Part shown: positions 1-10,388 of the stretch, piece by piece | How positions within the stretch are numbered: position 1 is the first letter of the stretch | How the letters are laid out: each line of letters starts with the position of its first letter | Source of the DNA: an uncultured Bacteroidia bacterium | Lineage (GTDB): Bacteria > Bacteroidota > Bacteroidia > NS11-12g > UBA955 | Assembly: GCA_943788195.1 (NCBI GenBank) | Contig: CALSPH010000001.1 | Coordinates: 1,187,595 to 1,251,594 of the forward strand | DNA length: 64,000 bases | Direction: 5' to 3' | The notes under the pieces: model-generated | What the model was told of the DNA's origin: nothing | Database searches by the model: none | The model's input: the letters and a program-made list of their open reading frames with translations, nothing else | Program-made: the position numbers and the translations under genes

Positions 1-123
1 GCTGCTTAAAGTGTTTTTCATGAATCGCACAAAAGTTAGAAAGGCTTGATATCACCGCGTCATCTTCGCTTATGAGAGCTTCTAGTTCAGAATAGAATTG
101 CGCATACTTTGATTCTTTGTTCA
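1..123 (-). CDS. GAF-domain protein (free methionine-(R)-sulfoxide reductase-like), N-terminal 41 codons only; continues past the window start
   Basis: Minus-strand ATG at 121-123 reads MNKESKYAQFYSELEALISEDDAVISSLSNFCAIHEKHFKQ... This is the typical N-terminus of single-domain GAF/fRMsr proteins. The frame stays open to position 1. Confidence 0.45.
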
Positions 124-124
124 T

Positions 125-1675
125 TTAAAGTGCAAAGATGTTTTTGTTGGCAAACGTTCTAGCTTCATTTGTTGCCTTGTCTTTTTTCTCTTTTTTATTA
201 ACCCGGTTGTTACCTATACCTTGAGCAAACCCAAAATAAGTGTTCACTCCATAAAAGTTCTCACCAGTAACAATAGCTTTCAAGTTGTCGCTTCCAGCAA
301 ATACAGGCCCCAAACGGACAAATCCTCCAACCTGCAATACTTTGTAATCACCCGCTAAGACAATGGGCAACGACGCTTCGATCCACTTGGATTCAAAACG
401 AGGCAAAATTGCAATTTGAGAGGGTTTAGGTAATGAAATTTTTTCAATATTGATACCTCTAATGTCTTGATAGATTAAAGCTCCAATGAAAAATCCTTTA
501 AATACATTGTAGTCAAATTGAATACTTAACATAGAAGGAAGCTTATAGTTTATTTCGGACCTTTTTCTAATGTTAAAATGGACATCTGTTAAGCTGTCTA
601 CAAAGTCCCTTGCTTCCTGACTCGTAGGGCCATTGTTAAAAGCAGCTTCGGCTATTGAATCTGAGACAAATGTGAAAGGCGCTTTGCTTGATACGGTGTA
701 ACTGGTAACGTTATTCTTAAATCGAATGTTACCTCGATCTAAAATGGATAACCCAACTTTGAAAAGGTAGTTGGACTTCTGACTAGTAACTCCATCTGCA
801 GCTCTAGGATCATACTCTAGAATAGCACCGGCATCCCATCCAAATCCATAATCACCATTAAAGGACGGAAGCAAGGAGCCCGGGGTAAAATCCTGAAATT
901 TATCAAAATCGGAGTAACCATAGCGAAACGATGCATCGTTTATTCGAATACTATCCGTTCCAGATATTTTCATATCAATATTATCCCCTTGTGCATAGCC
1001 GTATGCATTGCCAACCAAAAACTTAGCAGTTGCCCCAAACTTTATACGCATTGATTTAAATTCTAAGAATTGAGAGCCAAAACTAAATGCATATTCTTGA
1101 AAAGATAGTGCACTCATTCGCAATTGTAAGTTGTCTAAATTGTCCCCAATATTTACCGATGTATTACTAGAGATTCCTGCAGTGTCAATTCCATTAACCG
1201 CTAACTTAGCAAGCTCTTCACTTACATTGGAAACGTTGAAACCTATTCTACTCCTTGTTGAGAATGAAACAGCTGCTTTTTTGTTGATTCGATACATAAC
1301 TGCAGGTCCTCGTACTTCCATTTCTAGGTATAGATTTTTATTCTTCCCATTGATATTTTGTTTCAACCAACTACTTTGAAAGTCAACGTTGCCTGTTGAG
1401 TCCTTGTATTGATTTGGAACATTATCAGCAATCATATCCTGAACAGAAAAAGGAGCGCCCCATGAAACAAAGTCATTTACTGCATTTAATCCAAAACCAG
1501 CCGCATTAACGTGAACCTTATATCGATTGCTGCCCAAACTTGCAGGATTGGTGTATACAGCATTTGTTCCACCATAGTTGCTTAAGGTATTACCAAGCCA
1601 GTGTTGCGCCTGATTTGATTTTGCCGTGAAACTAATACACAGGCACAGGATTAATTTGCTAATATTTGATTTCAT
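125..1675 (-). CDS. Outer-membrane transport protein, OMPP1/FadL/TodX family
   Basis: 516 aa with an N-terminal signal peptide. It carries the FadL-like hatch motif (TNPASLG, the NPA motif) and the GFGWDAGAILEYD block, which matches FadL GFGWNAGILYE. C-terminal aromatic/hydrophobic end. Confidence 0.55.
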   Translation of the reverse strand: MKSNISKLILCLCISFTAKSNQAQHWLGNTLSNYGGTNAVYTNPASLGSNRYKVHVNAAGFGLNAVNDFVSWGAPFSVQDMIADNVPNQYKDSTGNVDFQSSWLKQNINGKNKNLYLEMEVRGPAVMYRINKKAAVSFSTRSRIGFNVSNVSEELAKLAVNGIDTAGISSNTSVNIGDNLDNLQLRMSALSFQEYAFSFGSQFLEFKSMRIKFGATAKFLVGNAYGYAQGDNIDMKISGTDSIRINDASFRYGYSDFDKFQDFTPGSLLPSFNGDYGFGWDAGAILEYDPRAADGVTSQKSNYLFKVGLSILDRGNIRFKNNVTSYTVSSKAPFTFVSDSIAEAAFNNGPTSQEARDFVDSLTDVHFNIRKRSEINYKLPSMLSIQFDYNVFKGFFIGALIYQDIRGINIEKISLPKPSQIAILPRFESKWIEASLPIVLAGDYKVLQVGGFVRLGPVFAGSDNLKAIVTGENFYGVNTYFGFAQGIGNNRVNKKEKKDKATNEARTFANKNIFAL

Positions 1676-1750
1676 TGCTTTGTAATTTGTTTATTTTTGT
1701 CAAAAGTAAAATATTTATTGAGTATAATCACAAAACCGTAAGCCTAATCC

Positions 1751-2143
1751 ATGAAACCGAAAAACATAGCTTTTATTACCTTCTGCTTGCTTGCATTGGC
1801 AGTCGCTTTTGGTGCGATAGGGTCGCATGCCTTAAAGCCGAAACTTTCTGAAGCTTGTTTGGAAACGTTTAAAACTGGAGCCAGGTATCATATGTATTTA
1901 TCTATTATACTGCTTTCAATAGCGGCATTGAGTTTTGGGTCTCGAATTTATTTTTCTTGGAGCTTGGCCATTTATCTACTTGGTTTTGCATTGTTTGTTG
2001 GGGGCTGCTACATTTCAGCCTTCCGAGAAATTGCTCCTCAAATTGGGGAAATGGGCAGTAAAATGGCACCCATTGGAGGTGTGTTCTTAATCTTTTCTTT
2101 TCTGATTATGGCGCTACAGACTTATATGCATAAATTAAAATGA
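1751..2143 (+). CDS. DUF423 (YgdD/TMEM256) small membrane protein
   Basis: 130 aa with 4 predicted TM segments and an AFGAIGSHAL motif. Confidence 0.6.
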   Translation: MKPKNIAFITFCLLALAVAFGAIGSHALKPKLSEACLETFKTGARYHMYLSIILLSIAALSFGSRIYFSWSLAIYLLGFALFVGGCYISAFREIAPQIGEMGSKMAPIGGVFLIFSFLIMALQTYMHKLK

Positions 2144-2631
2144 AGAAGATATTGATCATGCGGCATGCCAAAACGGAGACTCAAGAAATATTTGGGAGTG
2201 ATTTTGTACGCAACTTGACTTCTAACGGAATTATTCAAGCTCAAATTCAAGCAAAATTCATTTCAATCCTTCCTTTTAGGCCGGACTTGATTTTACTTAG
2301 CCCTTCAAATCGCACGCAACAAACATTAGCTGAGATGATTCCAATTGTAGATTGGCCAGATACACATGTTGCTACTAAGGATAAGCTATATCATGCCAGT
2401 GTATCGCAACTGCTAAAAATCATTTCTGAAGTAGATAATTCATTGGATAATTTGATGATAATTGGCCATAACTTCGGTCTACTAGAGTTGGTTCAGCATT
2501 TTTCAAAAGATTATATTGCTAAATACAAAACGGGTTCATTGGCTTTGTTTCATTTCAATGATACTTCCTGGCAAACACTCAGTGCAGAGTCAGCAGAATT
2601 GATTTATTTAAAAGCGCCCATGGATGAATAA
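2140..2631 (+). CDS. Histidine phosphatase family protein (SixA-like phosphohistidine phosphatase)
   Basis: 163 aa with an N-terminal ILIMRHAKT (RHG-type) catalytic motif. Overlaps the neighbouring genes by 4 and 8 bp, so it is operonic. Confidence 0.6.
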   Translation: MKKILIMRHAKTETQEIFGSDFVRNLTSNGIIQAQIQAKFISILPFRPDLILLSPSNRTQQTLAEMIPIVDWPDTHVATKDKLYHASVSQLLKIISEVDNSLDNLMIIGHNFGLLELVQHFSKDYIAKYKTGSLALFHFNDTSWQTLSAESAELIYLKAPMDE

Positions 2632-5092
2632 GAGCAGTGTTGATGATAACAAAACAACGCTATTCGTACAGGTTATTTTACCCTTACCCTTAGAATCGTT
2701 TACTTATCGAGTCCCTTTTCATTTAAATGAGGTGATAGAGATTGGTCAGATGGTGGCTGTGCGTTTTGGGAGGAAGGCAAAGAGACTGTATGGAGGGATT
2801 ATTTCATCCATTAGTGAGGATGCCCCCAGTTCTTTTCAAGCTGCTTATATCCAGGAAATTGTCGATGTATTACCATTGGTTTCCTTGGTTCAATTGAAAT
2901 TTTGGAAATGGCTCGCGCGATATTATCAAACCCGCTTGGGCGATGTTATGATAGCTGCCTTACCTTCTGGACTTCGTTTGAGCGGAGAAACAAGAATTTA
3001 TTCTAACAAGGAAGCAATAATAAACCCAGAGTCGCTCGATAGCAAAGAATTAGAGATTTTGGCCTATATCGATGGCAGTACGTATGTCACACCTGAACAG
3101 ATGCAGAAAGATCTGTCATTACCAAATCCATTAAAGTACTTGCGCTCTTTATATGAAAAGGGCTTGATAAAAGTAGCCGATGAAATAAATAAGAATTTTA
3201 AGCCAAAAACAAGGCCATATGTCAAGCTAAACTTTGACTCTACGAATGAGAAACAGCTGGAAAATGCTTTTAACTTAGTTAAGAGCTCAGCTAAACAATC
3301 TCAGTTGTTGTTGTACCTAATTAATAATCCTCAAGAGATTGATAAAAGAGATTTGCTTGGTCAAACTGGTATATCTGCAGCGATATTTAATGGAGTGCTT
3401 AAGAAAGGATTAGTGGAAGTTTATCATAAGGCTTTATCTCGTTTTGAAGTTGAATTAAATAAAAACATTCAATTGGATTTGTCGCCAGCCCAGAAAGTAG
3501 CGGTTGATGAAATAGAAAAGGCCTTTGAAACAAAGAAACCTGTTCTTCTTTTTGGTCCAACAGCCTCTGGCAAGACCTATGTTTATTTAGATTTAATTCG
3601 AAAAACATTGGCTGCAGGTAAGCAAGTTCTATACCTTTTGCCTGAAATAGCCTTAACCGAACAGGTTATCTTTAAACTTCAAGAGTTTTTAGGAGAAGAA
3701 GTACTTGTAACTCACTCAAAGTATTCCATTCAGCATCGCGCTGAAATTTGGGATTTGCTAAGAAGCAAAGCGGTAAATGTTATTGTAGGGCCAAGGTCAG
3801 CAATCTTTTCACCTTTCCATGATCTTGATTTAATCGTGGTGGATGAAGAGCATGAAAGTAGTTTTAAACAGAATGATAAGGCGCCTCGTTTTCATGGTCG
3901 AGATGCAGCCCTCATGTTGGGGAAGTTTTGGAATGCTCAGGTTATTTTGGGTAGTGCTACTCCTTCGATAGAGTCCATGCATGCGAGTTTAGAAAACAAG
4001 TTTAAACTGGTGACTTTAGATAAAAAATTTACGGCCGAAGGGGAGATCGTTTTTGAAACCATTAACTTAAAAACGGCTAAAGAAAAGAACAAGATGATAG
4101 AGATGTTCTCCTTTGAAATGATTGAGGCCCTCAAGGATAACATCAGTGAAGGAAGGCAAGCCATCATATTTCATAACCGAAAAGGGTTTAACCCAATAAC
4201 CAATTGTACATCTTGCGGTTGGGTACCGCATTGTATAAATTGTGATATTGCCCTAACCTATTATAAATATACCAATGAAATGCGATGCCATTATTGCGGT
4301 TTTAAATCAAAACCTCCCTCTTCTTGTCCAGATTGCGGAGGCACAGCATTGGATATTGAAGGGTATGGCACCGAGAAAATCACTGAAGAATTACAAAAAA
4401 TTTTACCAGAAGCGCATATCGAACGATTTGATCAAGAATCCACTCGAAAAAAATCTGAGCACAAACGAATCATTGAAGGTTTCAAAACAGGGAATGTTGA
4501 TATATTGGTGGGCACTCAACTACTTGCGAAAGGCTTTGACTTTGAAAATGTAGATTTTGTAGGGGTGGTGAATGCAGATCATATGTTGCATCTTCCGAAT
4601 TTCAGAAGTGCAGAACGAACCTTTCAATTATTGACACAAGTGGCAGGGCGTACTGGTAGAAGGGATCGTAAGGGCAATGTAATGCTACAATCATACCGGC
4701 CCGATCATCCTGTAATTCAGTCTATTATACATAACGATTATAGCGGATTCTACAAATCAGAGATATTGGATCGCACGAACTTCGCCTACCCGCCTTTTGC
4801 CAGATTGATTTTTATTCAAGTGAAAGATTTTGATGCATTGCAGGCCGAAAAAGCTGCTCGATTGTTGGCTTCAATGCTAGTTGCCCAATTGGGTCATCGG
4901 GTTATGGGCCCTGCTAAACCTTCGATTGCAAAAATAAATCGTTGGTATTTGCGTGAGATACTAGTGCGTATGGATCGTAAAAAGGATAATATAGTAGCTA
5001 TAAAAGCAGAAATAGGCACAATTGTAAACCAATTTAACACGCATCCTGATTTTAAAAAATCCCGAGTAATTATCAATGTAGATCCCGTATAA
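2624..5092 (+). CDS. priA: Primosomal protein N' (replication restart helicase PriA)
   Basis: 822 aa with Walker A GPTASGKT, a DEEHE box, a Cys4-Cys4 zinc-binding insertion (CTSCGW..HCINC..CHYCG..CPDCGG), and helicase C motifs (QVAGRTGR). Confidence 0.9.
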   Translation: MNKSSVDDNKTTLFVQVILPLPLESFTYRVPFHLNEVIEIGQMVAVRFGRKAKRLYGGIISSISEDAPSSFQAAYIQEIVDVLPLVSLVQLKFWKWLARYYQTRLGDVMIAALPSGLRLSGETRIYSNKEAIINPESLDSKELEILAYIDGSTYVTPEQMQKDLSLPNPLKYLRSLYEKGLIKVADEINKNFKPKTRPYVKLNFDSTNEKQLENAFNLVKSSAKQSQLLLYLINNPQEIDKRDLLGQTGISAAIFNGVLKKGLVEVYHKALSRFEVELNKNIQLDLSPAQKVAVDEIEKAFETKKPVLLFGPTASGKTYVYLDLIRKTLAAGKQVLYLLPEIALTEQVIFKLQEFLGEEVLVTHSKYSIQHRAEIWDLLRSKAVNVIVGPRSAIFSPFHDLDLIVVDEEHESSFKQNDKAPRFHGRDAALMLGKFWNAQVILGSATPSIESMHASLENKFKLVTLDKKFTAEGEIVFETINLKTAKEKNKMIEMFSFEMIEALKDNISEGRQAIIFHNRKGFNPITNCTSCGWVPHCINCDIALTYYKYTNEMRCHYCGFKSKPPSSCPDCGGTALDIEGYGTEKITEELQKILPEAHIERFDQESTRKKSEHKRIIEGFKTGNVDILVGTQLLAKGFDFENVDFVGVVNADHMLHLPNFRSAERTFQLLTQVAGRTGRRDRKGNVMLQSYRPDHPVIQSIIHNDYSGFYKSEILDRTNFAYPPFARLIFIQVKDFDALQAEKAARLLASMLVAQLGHRVMGPAKPSIAKINRWYLREILVRMDRKKDNIVAIKAEIGTIVNQFNTHPDFKKSRVIINVDPV

Positions 5093-5100
5093 TTATTCAG

Positions 5101-5799
5101 TTGGTGAAAGGAAGAAAAAGAAGCACAAGACCTGCAATACTAGCGAGTATTTATTTCGCAATTCTATCCCTTGGTCTGGGTCTAATTCACAATGAATATA
5201 AAGATTATCTTAAAAAAAAGTACTTTAAAGAAATAGGATTGGGCCAGTATAAATCTGGTTTGCAGGCGGTTGAAACCAACTATGGAGAAGAGATTAAAAA
5301 GCAAGCGCTGAAAAGGAATCTAAACAGCGATTTTCTAAAAGCAATTTGTATGTTAGAATGTAGCGGCAGAAAAATTGTTCCATCTCGTTTTGAGCCACAT
5401 GTGTATAAAAAGCTAGTTGCTGTGAAAAAAACCAAAGGGGCATTTTATGAAAGAATACAGCATCACCAAATCAAAATGATGAGTGATGGAGCAATAAGAA
5501 ACCTTTCAAGCAGTTGGGGCCCTTTTCAACTTATGGGTATACGAAGTGTAAACTTAAATTGCAGTGTGAGTGATCTCAGAGGGCCTTTAGCAGTTGAAAA
5601 GGCAATAGAATGGATTGATGCCGAATATGGTTACTTGATCAAAGAGAAACGTTATAAAGATGCTTTTCATAAACATAATACAGGAAAGCTTTACCCTGAT
5701 TTTGGTCCTCCAAAAACCTTTAATCCGCAATATGTTAACTTAGGAATACGATTCATGGATTATTATAGAACAATCACAACGGGTGAAGTGAAAAAATAA
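5101..5799 (+). CDS. Membrane-anchored hypothetical protein, possibly an N-acetylmuramidase-like (DUF3380-type) lysozyme fold
   Basis: 232 aa with a TTG/GTG start, one N-terminal TM segment, an MLECSG..RFEPHVY..GPFQLMG pattern reminiscent of DUF3380/lytic-transglycosylase catalytic Glu regions. The family assignment is recalled from memory and was not verified. Confidence 0.3.
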   Translation: MVKGRKRSTRPAILASIYFAILSLGLGLIHNEYKDYLKKKYFKEIGLGQYKSGLQAVETNYGEEIKKQALKRNLNSDFLKAICMLECSGRKIVPSRFEPHVYKKLVAVKKTKGAFYERIQHHQIKMMSDGAIRNLSSSWGPFQLMGIRSVNLNCSVSDLRGPLAVEKAIEWIDAEYGYLIKEKRYKDAFHKHNTGKLYPDFGPPKTFNPQYVNLGIRFMDYYRTITTGEVKK

Positions 5800-5857
5800 T
5801 CGTTCTTAGGCAACATTTGTTTTATTAGACTTGTTCAAATAGTATATTTGAAGCCAT

Positions 5858-8800
5858 ATGATTAAAAAATCATTATTATCCATTCTTATCATCTTTTGTT
5901 CAACATGGTTGTCGGCACAAAAAATCAGCCATTTTGAAATCCCAGGTTATGGGCCTCATTTAATTGAGTTTACTGGCCAGGAGTCATATACACTGCAAGA
6001 TATTGATCAAGTATTTGTAAAGTACTATCCCATAAAAGAGGGGTATACCTATAAAATCACCAACACAATTCAAGATGAATTGGGTTATACCCATAAAAGA
6101 TATCAATTCTACTTTAAGGGCCAGAAGGTTATCGGCTCAACGCTTATTGCTCATCTATATAAAGGGCATCTAAAGTCTATTAACGGTCATTTTTATCAGG
6201 TGTTGAATCAAAAGGCTAGTGTAACAAAAGAGGCTGCGTTGCAGCTCACTTTGGATCATGTAAAAGCGCAAACCTACATGTGGGAAATCAAGGAAGAGGA
6301 GCAAGAAATTAAAAAGATAGATGATAATCCAAATGCAACCTATTTCCCTTCACCAGAGTTGTGTTATGTGCCAAGAAATTTGGATTTTAATGCAGATTAT
6401 ATTTTGAGCTATTCCTTAAAGGTATATGCCCATACACCTTTGAGTTACAAGGAATATTATGTGAATGCCTCAACAGGAGAAATTATTGCAAATCAAAACT
6501 TATTGATGGATGCCCACGATAGTGGCACTGCGGTAACAGCTTATAGCGGGAATCGACAAATATATACAGATAGTTTTGCCACAAACAATTTTCGTCTAAG
6601 AGATTCGGTAAGAGATGTACGCACCTTCGATATGAATCAAGGAACGAACTACGGTTTGGCAGTAGATTTTACCGATGCGGATAATTTTTGGAACAATGTA
6701 AATGCCAATGAAGATGAAGTGGCAACGGATGCACATTGGGGAGCAGAAATGACTTACGACTACTTTTTGCAAGAGCATAGCAGAAATAGTTATGATGATA
6801 ATGGGGCTCGAATTTTGAGTTATGTGCATTTTAGAGCAAACTATGATAACGCCTTTTGGGATGGTAGACGAATGACTTATGGTGATGGCAATAATTTTAA
6901 ACCATTAACATCAATTGATGTTTGCGGACATGAGATTGCCCATGCTGTAACCACAAACACAGCTGGTTTGATTTATCGAAATGAATCGGGGCAGTTAAAT
7001 GAAAGTTTCAGTGATATATTCGGTAATTCGGTAGAAGCTTGGGCCAGACTCAATCAGCATAGTTGGATCATAGGTGAAGATATTACTACCTCGGGAAATG
7101 GATTGCGGAATATGCAAAATCCAAATTTGAGGAATCACCCAAAATATTATAAAGGCTTCAGGTGGTACTATGGTACAGGTGATAATGGAGGGGTGCATTT
7201 AAATAGTGGCGTTCAGAACTATTGGTATTACTTAATTACTGAAGGTGATACAGGAACCAATGAAAAAGGGGATGCGTATGCAATTGAAAAACTTGGATTA
7301 TCCAAAGCAGGGAAAATTGCCTATCGAAACTTATCAGTATATTTATCACAATCATCAAACTATGCAGAGGCAAGAATTTATGCGATCAAGTCTGCAGCAG
7401 ATTTATATGGCGAATGCAACAAAGAAGTGATTAGCACAACGAATGCATGGTTCGTGTGTGGTGTAGGCGACCGTTATGATAGTACGACAGTTTCTGTAGA
7501 TTTTATTGCAGATACGCTGATTTGTAGTACTTCCCAAATTGTTAATTTTAGCAATAGAAGTACAAATTTCAATTTTTGTATCTGGGATTTTGGGGATGGC
7601 AATACCACGAATGTGATTGATCCAACCCATCAATATGGCACATATGCAAGTTTTGATATTAAATTAAAAGCAAGATCATGCTTTGGGGATAATTGGGACA
7701 GTTTAACAAAAACGGCATATGTTAAGGTTGACTCCACCCAAGATATTTGTAATGCAATCTTTCTTCCAAACCAGGGCACAGATAGTGTGAGTTTTTGTGA
7801 TGGCTATATCTATGATGAAGGTGGATTGGATGACTATAGACAAAATAAAATAACCTACTTAAAAGTGACCTCTCCAAATGCAGATAGCATCACGCTTACT
7901 TTCGAAGATTTAGATTACGAAGTCGGTTACGATACATTAACGTTATATGCGGGGCCTCCAGTTGCAGGGAATGAAATCGGTAAATATTTTAATACTACCC
8001 TACCGAATGGTGGACTGCCAATTGTTATACCTGGGGATTATATTTCCTTCCGACAATGGAGTGATCCATTTGTAGTGGGTAGAGGATTTAAGGCAAAATT
8101 TAAAGCCCATAAACAACCCTTGTCTCTTTCTGCAAATCAAGATACTACGATATGTGTAGGAAACCCAATAAACTTAATGGCCATTGGGTCTGGTGGATAT
8201 GATGGAGATTATCAGTATGTATGGAATAATGATACCAACGTTTCTAGCTATATTGTTTACCCATCAAATGATAGTCTCTACAGAATAGAGCTTTGGGATG
8301 TTTGTACCAAGGAATATGTCTATGATTCGGTGCAGGTAACCATGCGTGATTCCCTTAAGATAATTGCTCGAAATGATACATTGATTTGTGATCAAAGCAA
8401 TGTGAATGTAACAATGCAAGCAACAGGCGGCCAGATGCCTTATTCTTTTGTTTGGGACAATGGACAAGGTGCCGGTGCTTCAAAAGTTTTGACCCCAGCA
8501 ACGAATACGACCTACCAAGTATATGTGACAGATAATTGCACTGTTTTAAATGATACAACCCTATTCCAAATTACTTTAAGACCTCCTTTAAGTCTAACTT
8601 TATCAAGTTCAGAATCTATAATTTGTAAAGATCAGCCAGTCACACTAAAAGCCACTCATAATGGAGGGGATACCATTGCAAGAAAGGTAACCTGGCAATT
8701 TGATGGAAGTCAATTGGATTCATTGGTCTTTTCTCCTACCACTTCGGGCTGGTACAAAGCAACAGTATCTGATAATTGCAGTCCGAGCATAGAAGATTCG

Positions 8801-10294
8801 ATTTACTTGACTGTTCTGCCAGAATTAGCGATATCCAAGCAGGCTGATACTACGATATGTAAAGGCTCTAATGTGAATATTTGGGTTTTGGCTTCAGGCG
8901 GAAAAAGTTCGAATTATACCTATACATGGAATAACGGGATAGGTAATGTAAATAATTTTTTAGCAGCGGTTACAACCAAAACAACTTATCATTTAACCTT
9001 ATCTGATGGTTGTTCTCCAGACTTTGTTGATAGCGTAGTTATAGACGTATTTGATGACCTTTCACTCACTAAACCAAGAGATAGTACAATTTGCTTCGGT
9101 CAATCATATACGATAAACCTAACAGGTGCTGGAGGTCGTGGTTCAAACTATACTTATACTTGGGATAATGGGTTAGGTACTGGAGCAAGTAAGACCGTTC
9201 AGCCTACTATTTCAACTAATTATGAAATAGTGTTAGACGATGGTTGTACGATAAAGAACGATACACAACAAGTGATTGTAACCGTGCGAAACGCATTGTC
9301 GGTTACCTCAATGGTGGCACCTTCACAAGTTTGTTTGGGTGAATCAAGCAGTTTAACGTATACAACTCAGGGCGGGAAACTGCCTCATGTGGTTACAGTA
9401 GATGGTGTGCTTAGTACAAGCCCATTGGTTATTAATCCCACCCTTAGTAAAAATTCATACTGGGTTAAAGTTACAGATGGTTGTTCAAATCCAGATAGTA
9501 TGCTAGTGAATATCCTGGTCAATCCATTACCCAACTTTAATTTGAGCACGGATAAATTGGCCCTATGTGTTGGTGACTCAGTTCAACTCACACATGATTA
9601 CATGGGTGCTGCAACATATAATTGGGATGTGAATGGCATCCAACAGAGTAATCAAAACAGTTTCAATTGGAAGCCTAACCAGCAAGGTGCGTTTGAAATA
9701 TCACTGCATATAATAGACGGAAATAACTGCAATGGTTATGATACATTAAAGCCAGATTTAGATGTGCAAAATGCGCCAATAGCTGTTTTCGATTTTACAC
9801 CAATCGATCCGGATATAGAGAATAATACCATCACTTTCATTAATCAATCTGTATTTGCTAGCCAATATGAATGGAATTTTGGTGATAATTCATCACTGGA
9901 GAATGCATTTAATACCAGTCATTTATATACTGATACGGGTACATATACGATTACCCTACGCATAAATAATGCAATCGGATGTCAGGATCAAATATCAAAA
10001 ATGATTCGTATTAAACCAGTCTATAAACTATTTATTCCAACTGCATTTTCACCAAATGGGGATGGCAGAAATGATGAGTTTGGAATTGTAGGCACGGGAA
10101 TCACAGAAGTTAGAATGCAAATATTTAACCGTTGGGGAGAAAAACTAACAGAATTAGAAGGAGTAAATCTATCCTGGAATGGGAAAGTACAAGATAAAGT
10201 GGTGCCAATCGGTATATACATATATTACATTGAGATTAAGGATATTAATGGCGAGAGACACAACATCAAGGATAAATTTTTAATTCTGAGATAA
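5858..10294 (+). CDS. Secreted M4 (thermolysin-like) zinc metalloprotease with CUB, PKD and tandem Cys-bracketed repeats and a T9SS type-B C-terminal sorting domain
   Basis: 1478 aa with a signal peptide and an FTP/PepSY-like propeptide. Zinc motif HEIAH (nt 6929-6943) and downstream ESFSD and GGVHLNSGV thermolysin motifs. A PKD domain at aa ~548-625 and a CUB-like domain at ~646-750. Seven ~78-aa repeats (CxG..L..GGxxxYxYxWxNG....YxVxVxDxC, aa 757-1291). A second PKD at ~1306-1386. C-terminal KPVYKLFIPTAFSPNGDGRNDEFGIVG is a gliding-motility/T9SS CTD. Confidence 0.85.
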   Translation: MIKKSLLSILIIFCSTWLSAQKISHFEIPGYGPHLIEFTGQESYTLQDIDQVFVKYYPIKEGYTYKITNTIQDELGYTHKRYQFYFKGQKVIGSTLIAHLYKGHLKSINGHFYQVLNQKASVTKEAALQLTLDHVKAQTYMWEIKEEEQEIKKIDDNPNATYFPSPELCYVPRNLDFNADYILSYSLKVYAHTPLSYKEYYVNASTGEIIANQNLLMDAHDSGTAVTAYSGNRQIYTDSFATNNFRLRDSVRDVRTFDMNQGTNYGLAVDFTDADNFWNNVNANEDEVATDAHWGAEMTYDYFLQEHSRNSYDDNGARILSYVHFRANYDNAFWDGRRMTYGDGNNFKPLTSIDVCGHEIAHAVTTNTAGLIYRNESGQLNESFSDIFGNSVEAWARLNQHSWIIGEDITTSGNGLRNMQNPNLRNHPKYYKGFRWYYGTGDNGGVHLNSGVQNYWYYLITEGDTGTNEKGDAYAIEKLGLSKAGKIAYRNLSVYLSQSSNYAEARIYAIKSAADLYGECNKEVISTTNAWFVCGVGDRYDSTTVSVDFIADTLICSTSQIVNFSNRSTNFNFCIWDFGDGNTTNVIDPTHQYGTYASFDIKLKARSCFGDNWDSLTKTAYVKVDSTQDICNAIFLPNQGTDSVSFCDGYIYDEGGLDDYRQNKITYLKVTSPNADSITLTFEDLDYEVGYDTLTLYAGPPVAGNEIGKYFNTTLPNGGLPIVIPGDYISFRQWSDPFVVGRGFKAKFKAHKQPLSLSANQDTTICVGNPINLMAIGSGGYDGDYQYVWNNDTNVSSYIVYPSNDSLYRIELWDVCTKEYVYDSVQVTMRDSLKIIARNDTLICDQSNVNVTMQATGGQMPYSFVWDNGQGAGASKVLTPATNTTYQVYVTDNCTVLNDTTLFQITLRPPLSLTLSSSESIICKDQPVTLKATHNGGDTIARKVTWQFDGSQLDSLVFSPTTSGWYKATVSDNCSPSIEDSIYLTVLPELAISKQADTTICKGSNVNIWVLASGGKSSNYTYTWNNGIGNVNNFLAAVTTKTTYHLTLSDGCSPDFVDSVVIDVFDDLSLTKPRDSTICFGQSYTINLTGAGGRGSNYTYTWDNGLGTGASKTVQPTISTNYEIVLDDGCTIKNDTQQVIVTVRNALSVTSMVAPSQVCLGESSSLTYTTQGGKLPHVVTVDGVLSTSPLVINPTLSKNSYWVKVTDGCSNPDSMLVNILVNPLPNFNLSTDKLALCVGDSVQLTHDYMGAATYNWDVNGIQQSNQNSFNWKPNQQGAFEISLHIIDGNNCNGYDTLKPDLDVQNAPIAVFDFTPIDPDIENNTITFINQSVFASQYEWNFGDNSSLENAFNTSHLYTDTGTYTITLRINNAIGCQDQISKMIRIKPVYKLFIPTAFSPNGDGRNDEFGIVGTGITEVRMQIFNRWGEKLTELEGVNLSWNGKVQDKVVPIGIYIYYIEIKDINGERHNIKDKFLILR
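8126..9730 (+). repeat. Seven in-frame tandem ~234-nt (78-aa) coding repeats inside the M4 protease gene
   Basis: Repeat cores bracketed by Cys at aa 766/816, 844/894, 923/974, 1001/1052, 1079/1130, 1159/1209 and 1237/1291. They share the motif (D)TTIC.G..v.l...GG....YtYtW.NG and end in ....v.DgC. Confidence 0.6.
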
Positions 10295-10388
10295 GACGCT
10301 TTATTCCAATCATTATTTATTTTCAATTGTTATTTAACAACAACTACTTTTAATTCAAGCGAAATGCTATTTTCGCACACCAATTATT

